A DNA stretch of 64,000 nucleotides, from assembly GCA_041649715.1 (NCBI GenBank), contig JBAZMP010000001.1, forward strand, positions 436,638 to 500,637, given 5' to 3'. This DNA is from Patescibacteria group bacterium (GTDB lineage Bacteria > Patescibacteriota > Patescibacteriia > JAXHNJ01). Positions within the stretch are counted from its first letter, which is position 1. Every line of letters begins with the position of its first letter. The notes below the pieces were generated by a model that saw only the letters and a list, made by a program, of their open reading frames with translations, was not told the DNA's origin and did not search any database. Below, one piece after another: positions 56,834 to 64,000 of the stretch. The translations under genes and the position numbers were made by a program.

Positions 56834-58441
56834 ATGAATCTATTTTTCTTTAAACCTAAAAAAACCCTTTTATATCTTCTGTATATCCTCGCATTTTTCC
56901 TTCTTTCTTTTCTTGGCTTTCTGTATCCGATCTTGAATTATTCGATATTTTGGCTGATTGTCATTGCGGTCATGATTTTGGCGATAAGAAACATATCAGA
57001 CGGACTTTTCATTGTTTTTTTGGAATTGATCGTCGGCAATAAAGGATATCTTTTTTCTTTTCCGGTCGCCGGATTTGTCATTTCTCTAAGACTGGCTTTA
57101 TTTATAGTGGTTATAATTTCTTATTTAATCAGTATTATATTCAGTAAAAAAGATAAAATATCTTTTTTGCAATCGAATTTGAGGTTCGCTTTTCTTATTT
57201 TAGTTTTGGTTTTAGGCATCGGCCTTGTCAACGGTTTGCTAAATAATTCCCCTAAAGTTGTTTTTTATGATATTAATGCCTATTTTTTTCTCGCTTTGAT
57301 CTTCCCAATTTTTCACGTGTTCAAAAACAGAGAAAATTTTTTCAAATTTATAAAGATATTTTCTTTAGGCGCACTAGCCTTAAGTTTCTTTACGCTCATT
57401 ATTTTTTTTGATTTTGGGATCTTCCACTATAATCCGGCCATGATTACGGCCACTCAAGTTGAAGCGAAACAGCTCGAACAATTGAATGAATTGTCAAATT
57501 TGCCGGAAAATGCCCGTTTAGCCCAAACCACTCAAATCGCCGAAAATAAGCTAAAGATAAATTGGTCTGAGGTGGCGAAAAATAAAACCCAAGTTTACCG
57601 CTGGTTAAAAGATACGGGAAATGCCGAGGTCACCTATCTTGGAAACCGTTTTTTTAGAGTATTCATGATTAGCCATTTTTATTTAATGCTATATTTGATT
57701 TTCATTGTTTCGTATTTTTTTTATAAACCAAAAACAGCCGGTAAGACTAATTTTCGTCAAATTTTGTTGAGTATTTTACTTATCATTGTTTCGTTCATAT
57801 CATTTTCCCGCAGTCTCTGGCTCGGATTTGTTCTGTCTGCTTGCACCCTGATTATTGGTTTGCCGCGAAAAAAGATTTTTAAATTTTTGATTTGCTTACT
57901 TATTATCATTTTGTTAATCTTTACTGTTTGCTATTTTGCCCTGCCCAGCCTATTACAATTAATTTATTCGCGGATAAGCAGTCTTGTTCATCCTACGACC
58001 GAGCTGGCGGCGACCAACCGTTTAAGTTTGTTAACGCCGATTTGGCAGTCAATCAAAAATCATCCTTTTTTCGGTTCAGGCTTTGGCACTCTTATTACTT
58101 TTAGATCGTTGATTCCCGGGACTGATTTGGTCGAATACATAAAAGTTTATGTTTACGAATGGGGTTATTTGGATATTATCGTAAAAATCGGCGTTTTGGG
58201 CCTATTGGCTCTGTGCTATTTCATATTTATGATATTTAAGAATAGCTTATTTTTTATAAAACAAAATAGCGATGATGATTATTTTTTAATCAGGGCCTTT
58301 ATCGCCGGTTTGTTTTATCTTGTTATTGTCCATTTTACGACTCCTTATATTAATCATCCTTTGGGGCTGGGCTTTATGTTGTTGACTGCCGCTTTTTTTG
58401 CCGATAATCAAAAAAAATTAAAAACATATGGGCCAGTCTAA
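56834..58441 (+). CDS. O-antigen ligase/polymerase (Wzy)-like polytopic membrane protein.
   Basis: 535 aa, more than 10 TM, with a periplasmic loop. Its position in the cluster is consistent with a Wzy/WaaL-like role. Confidence 0.5.
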   Translation: MNLFFFKPKKTLLYLLYILAFFLLSFLGFLYPILNYSIFWLIVIAVMILAIRNISDGLFIVFLELIVGNKGYLFSFPVAGFVISLRLALFIVVIISYLISIIFSKKDKISFLQSNLRFAFLILVLVLGIGLVNGLLNNSPKVVFYDINAYFFLALIFPIFHVFKNRENFFKFIKIFSLGALALSFFTLIIFFDFGIFHYNPAMITATQVEAKQLEQLNELSNLPENARLAQTTQIAENKLKINWSEVAKNKTQVYRWLKDTGNAEVTYLGNRFFRVFMISHFYLMLYLIFIVSYFFYKPKTAGKTNFRQILLSILLIIVSFISFSRSLWLGFVLSACTLIIGLPRKKIFKFLICLLIIILLIFTVCYFALPSLLQLIYSRISSLVHPTTELAATNRLSLLTPIWQSIKNHPFFGSGFGTLITFRSLIPGTDLVEYIKVYVYEWGYLDIIVKIGVLGLLALCYFIFMIFKNSLFFIKQNSDDDYFLIRAFIAGLFYLVIVHFTTPYINHPLGLGFMLLTAAFFADNQKKLKTYGPV

Positions 58442-59444
58442 AGTCACCATAAATATTGTTACCTGGAATAGTCTTACTTATCTGCCTTTTTGTTTGTCTT
58501 CTATTTATAAGCAAACCTTTACCGATTTTTCCGTTTTAATTATAGACAACGCTTCAGGCGATGGAACAATGGATTTTATCCGGAGTAATTATCCGCAGGT
58601 CAAAACCCTAAGAAATACCCAGAATCTCGGTTTTTCCAAGGCTCATAATCAGGGAATAAAACTGACCAAAAGCCCCTACATTTTAGTGATGAATCCTGAC
58701 ATTATCCTTTCTCATGATTTTTTGGAGAAAATAATAAAGGCGGCGGAATCACAAATCAATTATCAATCCTTTAGCGGAAAAACCCTAAAATTTCATTTTC
58801 AGCCGGATGATTTGAGGGAAATCATATTTACTGATAAAATTGACAGTATTGGTATTCAGCCCCACAAAAACCGATCTTTTACCAACTTAGGCGAAAACGA
58901 GACCGACCAAGGACAATATGAGCAAAAAAGAGAGATTTTCGGTTCGGCTGGCCATCTCGTATTGTTCAAAAGAGCGGCCTTGCAACTGTCCGAACTTAAG
59001 GGTGAATATTATGACGAAGATTTTTTTGTCTATAAAGAAGACGTCGATTTGGCCTGGCGTCTACAGCTTAACGGTCTGAGATCTTTGTATGTTCCTGAAG
59101 CCGTTGCCTACCATCATCGGAAGGCGGATAAACCAAGAGAAAAGAACCTGAAAACAATCCGCCAAAGTAGAAAAGCGAAATCAAGACTGGTAAACTTCTA
59201 CTCCTATCGCAACCATTTGTTTGTGGGCGTTAAAAATGAATTCGCCAGCCATTTTCTGCATTATCTCCCACTTATAGCCTGGTATGAAGTCAAAAAATTA
59301 TTTTACTTATTGTTTTTTGAAACATCCTCGCTGAAATCATATATTTCATTCTTTCAGCTTTTACCCAAGATGTATCAAAAAAGGAAATTTATTTTAAAAA
59401 ACAAAAAAAATATGAAAAAACTCATTAAACATTGGTTTGTATGA
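58428..59444 (+). CDS. Family 2 glycosyltransferase.
   Basis: VTINIVTWNSLTYLPFCLSSIYKQTFTDFSVLIIDNASGDGT. Confidence 0.8.
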   Translation: MGQSKVTINIVTWNSLTYLPFCLSSIYKQTFTDFSVLIIDNASGDGTMDFIRSNYPQVKTLRNTQNLGFSKAHNQGIKLTKSPYILVMNPDIILSHDFLEKIIKAAESQINYQSFSGKTLKFHFQPDDLREIIFTDKIDSIGIQPHKNRSFTNLGENETDQGQYEQKREIFGSAGHLVLFKRAALQLSELKGEYYDEDFFVYKEDVDLAWRLQLNGLRSLYVPEAVAYHHRKADKPREKNLKTIRQSRKAKSRLVNFYSYRNHLFVGVKNEFASHFLHYLPLIAWYEVKKLFYLLFFETSSLKSYISFFQLLPKMYQKRKFILKNKKNMKKLIKHWFV

Positions 59445-60259
59445 TGGATCTCTCAATAATAATTGTGAATTATAAAAGCAAGGGTTTGCTCAAGCAGTGC
59501 GTCAAGGGAGTAAAATTATTGCCTTTAAAATTGTCGTATGAAATAATTGTCGTTGACAATAACTCGCAAGACTCAAGCGTAAATATGATGAAAGAATTTT
59601 TCCCCGCGGTAAAGCTCATCGCCAGCCCGGTAAACGGGGGATTCGCCGCCGGAATAAATCTCGGCTTGCGGCAAGCGAAGGGGAAATATATCATGATCTT
59701 GAACCCGGATATAGCCGTTTTTGAAGGCTCAATTGAAAAAATGTATGAATATCTTGAGAAACATCTTGAGGTGGCCGTTTTGGGTCCCCGGCTGACTAGT
59801 CCTGATGGCACGCGCCAAGTTTCTTGCTACCGGTTTCCCAAATACTTGACTCCGATTTACCGGCGGACACCGCTGGGCAAGTTGCCCTGGGCCAAAAAAT
59901 CTCTCAGGCATTATTTAATGCTTGATACCGACACGGCCAAAATAATGTCCGTGGATTGGATTTTGGGCGCCTGCATGTTTGTTCGCGCCGAAGCGATCAA
60001 AAAGGTCGGTTTAATGGATGAAAGATTCTTCTTGTATTTTGAGGACGTCGACTGGTGTCGAAGATTTTGGCAGTCTGGCTACAGAGTGGTGTATTTTTAT
60101 GAGAGTGAAATGGTGCATTATCATCAGCGTCTATCCGCCGAGAATCCGGGGATAAAAGGTATTTTTAGCGCAGCGACGCGCATACATATAAGCAGTTGGA
60201 TAAAATACCTTGCCAAATATTTGGGAGTAAAAGATAATTTCAGTAATCAGCGTCAATAA
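59432..60259 (+). CDS. Family 2 glycosyltransferase.
   Basis: LSIIIVNYKSKGLLKQCVKGV...VVDNNSQDSS. Confidence 0.8.
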   Translation: MVCMMDLSIIIVNYKSKGLLKQCVKGVKLLPLKLSYEIIVVDNNSQDSSVNMMKEFFPAVKLIASPVNGGFAAGINLGLRQAKGKYIMILNPDIAVFEGSIEKMYEYLEKHLEVAVLGPRLTSPDGTRQVSCYRFPKYLTPIYRRTPLGKLPWAKKSLRHYLMLDTDTAKIMSVDWILGACMFVRAEAIKKVGLMDERFFLYFEDVDWCRRFWQSGYRVVYFYESEMVHYHQRLSAENPGIKGIFSAATRIHISSWIKYLAKYLGVKDNFSNQRQ

Positions 60260-60316
60260 GACAAAAGGGTGTTCATAATCTATCCCTTTATTTTGGGGTA
60301 AATATGGTCAGATAAA

Positions 60317-62260
60317 ATGTCTATTGGAAAAAAAAGTAAACAGATGAAAAACGCCACGAATTTTTTAAGGAGTATTAAAATTAAAAAGGTTAATAGAAAC
60401 AGAAGAAGAAATATATTTATTTTTTCCGCAATTATTGCCTTTATTATTGTTCTTTTGGCCATCCCGTTGTTAATTTACTGGCCAACGGCCAAAAATCTTT
60501 ATCGTGGATCACTGGCCATTAAAAGCAATTTAAAGGCAATTGAAAGTAATATCTACAAAGAAGATTTAAGCCAGGCTCTAGACTTAATTGAAGAAACGGA
60601 TAATCTAATCATTCAGGCTAAAGCCGATTTGAAAAAACTTGGATTCTTGAAATATATTCCGATCGCTTCATCACAATATTTAGCTATGGAAAAAGTTTTT
60701 TCTGCCGGTCAAAATTTAACTACGGCCGGCCAAGACATCCTGGCCTATATCGTAGAGATCGTCGAACCTTTTAAAAAGGGGTCAAAAATAAGCTTGGGAG
60801 CTTTAAGTTCTGACCAAAAAGGTCGTATTTTGGGAAAGGTTTACGATTCCCAGGATCTTTTATCTAGGGCTAAAGGAAAAGTATTGATTGCGGCAGACGA
60901 AATGTCCAAAGTTTCAGAGACCGGTCTGATTAGTCAATTATCGGAAGCGGTCTCGACCATAAAAAAATATCTTCCAATTTTGATAAATGGTTTGGAACAA
61001 GGGCAAAAACTGGCCGCTCTGGTTCCGCCCCTGGTCGGTTACCCCGAACAAATTAATTATCTTTTTCTTTTGGAAAATAACGCGGAATTAAGGCCGTCCG
61101 GCGGTTTTATCGGCACCTACGGGGTTTTAAGCGTGAAGAACGGCGAGATTATAAGTTTCACCACGGATAATGTTTATAACCTCGATGAAGATTTTGCGCA
61201 ATGTATTACTCCGCCCTTGCCTTTGACCACTTATAACAAGACTAATTGCTGGTACCTTCGGGACGCTAATTGGTCGCCTGATTTTCCCACCTCCGCCCGT
61301 CAATCACTCTGGTTTTATGAAAAAGAAGGGGGAACCGAAAGAAATCTCCACGGCGTCGTGGCGATCACTCCGACATTTATCGAATCACTCATCGGTTTAA
61401 CCGGCGCGATCACGGTTGACGGCATCTCTTTTACCCAAAGCAACTTTGTGGATAACTTGCAGTACCAGGTGGAAAAAGGTTTCTACCAGAAAGGATTGGA
61501 AATGAGCCAGAGAAAGGAGATTATCGGCGATTTATCAAAAATATTGCTCGATAGGGTGTTAGCCATCCCGCAGGAAAAATGGCCTGATTTATGGAAGATT
61601 ATCGACGAGAACACGAGAAATAAGCAAATATTGTTGTATTTAAACGATGAAAAACTAGAGAATATGGTCTTAGAAAAAAATTGGGCGGGCAGCGTCGTTT
61701 CTTCAGAAAGCGACTATTTTACTTTTATCGATGCTAACTTGGCCAGCTTAAAAACAGATTTGTCGGTAAAAAGAACCATTAACTATTACGTAAAAAACGA
61801 AAATAACAAACTAACGGTCAATTTACAGGTCGTCTATAAGCATGAGGGAAATTTTGATTGGAAGACGACCCGTTACCGGACATATTTCCGTCTCTACGTG
61901 CCCAAGGGTAGCCAGTTGGTTGATATCATCGGTACCAATGAAGAAAAAACGGCCGGAGAAGACTTGGGAAAAACATATTTTGGCTCTTTTTTAAGCGTGG
62001 AACCCCAAGAAACACAGAAATTAACTTTTATTTATACGTTGCCTGATAGTATTTATGATCAGCTAAAAAACAAGGAGTATGCCTTATTAGTCCAAAAACA
62101 AGCCGGTACGGCGAATTATGATTTTAACGCTTACTTTGATCTTGGTCGTAAGGTAAGGGAGTTTAAACCCATTGACAAAGTGAAGAAAGAAAGTAATAAT
62201 AACTTAAGTTTAAAAACCTCTTTAAGCGAGGATTTTAGCCTAAGAATCGTTTTTAAATAG
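60317..62260 (+). CDS. N-terminally membrane-anchored hypothetical protein (DUF4012-like), 647 aa.
   Basis: A basic N-terminus, one TM helix and a large extracytoplasmic domain. It sits inside the glycan cluster. The family assignment is tentative. Confidence 0.4.
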   Translation: MSIGKKSKQMKNATNFLRSIKIKKVNRNRRRNIFIFSAIIAFIIVLLAIPLLIYWPTAKNLYRGSLAIKSNLKAIESNIYKEDLSQALDLIEETDNLIIQAKADLKKLGFLKYIPIASSQYLAMEKVFSAGQNLTTAGQDILAYIVEIVEPFKKGSKISLGALSSDQKGRILGKVYDSQDLLSRAKGKVLIAADEMSKVSETGLISQLSEAVSTIKKYLPILINGLEQGQKLAALVPPLVGYPEQINYLFLLENNAELRPSGGFIGTYGVLSVKNGEIISFTTDNVYNLDEDFAQCITPPLPLTTYNKTNCWYLRDANWSPDFPTSARQSLWFYEKEGGTERNLHGVVAITPTFIESLIGLTGAITVDGISFTQSNFVDNLQYQVEKGFYQKGLEMSQRKEIIGDLSKILLDRVLAIPQEKWPDLWKIIDENTRNKQILLYLNDEKLENMVLEKNWAGSVVSSESDYFTFIDANLASLKTDLSVKRTINYYVKNENNKLTVNLQVVYKHEGNFDWKTTRYRTYFRLYVPKGSQLVDIIGTNEEKTAGEDLGKTYFGSFLSVEPQETQKLTFIYTLPDSIYDQLKNKEYALLVQKQAGTANYDFNAYFDLGRKVREFKPIDKVKKESNNNLSLKTSLSEDFSLRIVFK

Positions 62261-62270
62261 TCATTCCCAC

Positions 62271-63278
62271 ATGTTTATAAAAAGAGTCGGCATTGATCTT
62301 GGCACAACTTCCACCCTGGTTCATTTACCGGGGCGGGGGATTGTTATTAACGAACCATCGGTGGTGGCTATTTCTTTAGTCGATAAAAAGGTTTTAGCCG
62401 TCGGCTTAGAGGCCAAGGAGATGATCGGTCGGACGCCCGACACCATTGTTGCCTCTCGACCTTTGCGCGAGGGGGTGATTGCTGATTATCGTACGACCGA
62501 AGCGATGATCAGGTATTTTATTAATAAGGCCCTGGGCGGAGTAAGGATTTTTCGGCCCGAGGTGATGATTGCGGTGCCGGCCGGCATTACCTCCACGGAA
62601 AGAAGGGCAGTCATTGATGCGACTTTGTCGGCAGGGGCCAAAGCGGCCTATATAATCAAAGAGCCGGTCGCCGCGGCGATTGGCGCCAACATACCGATAG
62701 GTTCCGCTTCTGGTCATATGATCGTTGATATGGGCGGCGGCACCTCTGAGATCGCGGTAATCTCTTTGGGCGGTATAGTCGCGAATAATTCAGTCAGAGT
62801 GGGCGGAACAAAATTCGACCTGGCGATTACCGAATATATCCGGAGGAAATATGGTTTGGCGATCGGTGAACGAACAGCGGAAGACATAAAAATAAAAATA
62901 GGTTCCGCACTTCCCTTGGAAGAAAAATTAGTGATGGATATCAAGGGACGTGATATGGTCTTAGGTCTGCCCAGGACTATATCCATCGTTTCTGATGATA
63001 TTACTGAGGCAATTCAAGATGAATTGTCGAATATAATACAGGCGATTAAATTTGTCCTTCAGAACACGCCACCCGAGCTTTCCGCCGACGTAATTGATAA
63101 AGGAATGGTGCTTTCCGGCGGCTCGGCCCTCCTGCGGAATATCGATAAATTGATCGCCCAGGCGACGGGAGTGAACGCCTACGTAGCCGATGAACCCATT
63201 CTATGCGTCGCCAGAGGGACGGGCGTGGCTTTAGATAATCTTGAATCGTACAAGAGAAGTATTTTATCCGCAAGATAA
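62271..63278 (+). CDS. mreB: Rod-shape-determining actin homologue MreB.
   Basis: VGIDLGTTSTLV phosphate-1 motif, DMGGGTSE phosphate-2 motif, actin fold. 335 aa. Confidence 0.9.
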   Translation: MFIKRVGIDLGTTSTLVHLPGRGIVINEPSVVAISLVDKKVLAVGLEAKEMIGRTPDTIVASRPLREGVIADYRTTEAMIRYFINKALGGVRIFRPEVMIAVPAGITSTERRAVIDATLSAGAKAAYIIKEPVAAAIGANIPIGSASGHMIVDMGGGTSEIAVISLGGIVANNSVRVGGTKFDLAITEYIRRKYGLAIGERTAEDIKIKIGSALPLEEKLVMDIKGRDMVLGLPRTISIVSDDITEAIQDELSNIIQAIKFVLQNTPPELSADVIDKGMVLSGGSALLRNIDKLIAQATGVNAYVADEPILCVARGTGVALDNLESYKRSILSAR

Positions 63279-64000
63279 TGATTATTGGTATTGATGCCTC
63301 ACGCGCTAATCAGGATATAAAGACGGGCACGGAATGGTACTCGTATCATTTGATTATTCATTTATCACGTCTTGACCGAGCTAATCAATATGTTTTATAC
63401 AGCAAGGATACGCTTAAGGGTGATTTGAAAAATTTAGGACCCAATTTTAAAAGCCGAGTGCTGAACTGGCCGCCAAAATTCTTGTGGAGTCAATTAAGAC
63501 TTTCTGTGGAAATGTTATTCCATCCGCCGGAGGTGCTTTTCGTGCCGGCTCACACCATACCGTTGATCCATCCCCCAAAAACTATCACTACCTGTCATGA
63601 CGTCGGATTTGAGCGTTACCCCGAATTGTATGAAACCAAAAGTATCGGCGGGCGTAAATTTATTTCATTAATTTTGGGGATATTGACCAGAGTTGTCACT
63701 TTCGGCAAGTATGGGAACAACGAACTTGATTATCATCGTTTTAGCATCCGACAGGCTTTAAAACATACTTATCGGATTATCACTCCTTCGCATTTTACCC
63801 GCCAGGAAATAATAAATTTATATAAAACCGATAAAAATCGAATAACTGTCGTATACAACGGTTTTAATCAGAGCAATTTGGGGAAAGTGAGCGACGAATC
63901 TCTAATCGGACGGGCATTAGAGAAGTATAATATAAATAAGCCATACATTTTTTTTCTGGGCCGTCTAGAAAGGAAAAAAAATATAAAAGGCGCCTTTGCG
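63278..64000 (+). CDS. Glycosyltransferase family 4 (GT-B), partial; continues beyond the window end.
   Basis: An ATG at 63278 overlaps the mreB stop. MIIGIDASRANQDIKTGTEWY...LFVPAHTIP is typical of the GT4 N-terminal domain. No stop before 64000. Confidence 0.55.
   Translation, partial: MIIGIDASRANQDIKTGTEWYSYHLIIHLSRLDRANQYVLYSKDTLKGDLKNLGPNFKSRVLNWPPKFLWSQLRLSVEMLFHPPEVLFVPAHTIPLIHPPKTITTCHDVGFERYPELYETKSIGGRKFISLILGILTRVVTFGKYGNNELDYHRFSIRQALKHTYRIITPSHFTRQEIINLYKTDKNRITVVYNGFNQSNLGKVSDESLIGRALEKYNINKPYIFFLGRLERKKNIKGAFA

Noticed and set aside
1-64000. CRISPR arrays, tRNA or rRNA genes, transposases or integrases.
   Set aside because: I found no regularly spaced direct repeats, no cloverleaf-compatible GTTCGAnTCC T-arm signatures, and no transposase or integrase-like ORFs by eye. 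A tRNAscan/Infernal run is needed to be certain about tRNAs.

Overview
This window is a compact, low-GC bacterial chromosome segment with a gene repertoire typical of Candidate Phyla Radiation (CPR)/Patescibacteria or a similar small-genome monoderm, read from sequence alone. Hallmarks are a type IV pilus locus, AlaS lacking the C-Ala domain, and a short rpoA. Positions 1-7922 hold a minus-strand type IV pilus cluster: a large PilX-N-like protein, two prepilins, PilC, PilB and a GT39/ArnT-like glycosyltransferase. From about 8300 onward almost everything is on the plus strand. In order: a dcw-like cell-wall cluster (mraY, murD, ftsW, murG, murC, DUF72, murB); HD and histidine-phosphatase proteins; a SpeA-like PLP decarboxylase next to a PurD-family ATP-grasp; secA; a nucleotide-metabolism island with two Nuc-deoxyribosyltransferase-fold proteins, two NUDIX hydrolases and a P-loop kinase; an FG-GAP/L,D-transpeptidase fusion; a STAS protein; a clear heliorhodopsin; secD carrying an inserted parvulin PPIase domain, then secF; a sigma-region-4 HTH protein; a membrane protein paired with a HerA/VirD4-like ATPase, followed by a histidine kinase and two stand-alone receivers; cysS; an approximately 1 kb hairpin-rich non-coding locus with its own promoter and terminators that contains RNase P P4-like motifs; a PolB-exo-like exonuclease; GT2; mnmA; alaS; ispH (minus); infA; rpmJ with an apparent frameshift in an A-run; rpsM-rpsK-rpsD-rpoA-rplQ-rplM-rpsI; and a large surface-polysaccharide cluster (flippase, GT4-GT2 fusion, several GT2, Wzy-like, DUF4012-like, mreB, partial GT4). 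I found no tRNA, rRNA, CRISPR array or obvious mobile element by eye. The candidates I rate highest for follow-up are the heliorhodopsin with its adjacent STAS gene, the SecD-parvulin fusion, the membrane-protein plus HerA/VirD4-like ATPase module, the nucleotide-metabolism island, the unassigned structured-RNA locus, and a repeated perfect TTATCCACA (DnaA-box-like) motif sitting upstream of promoters.
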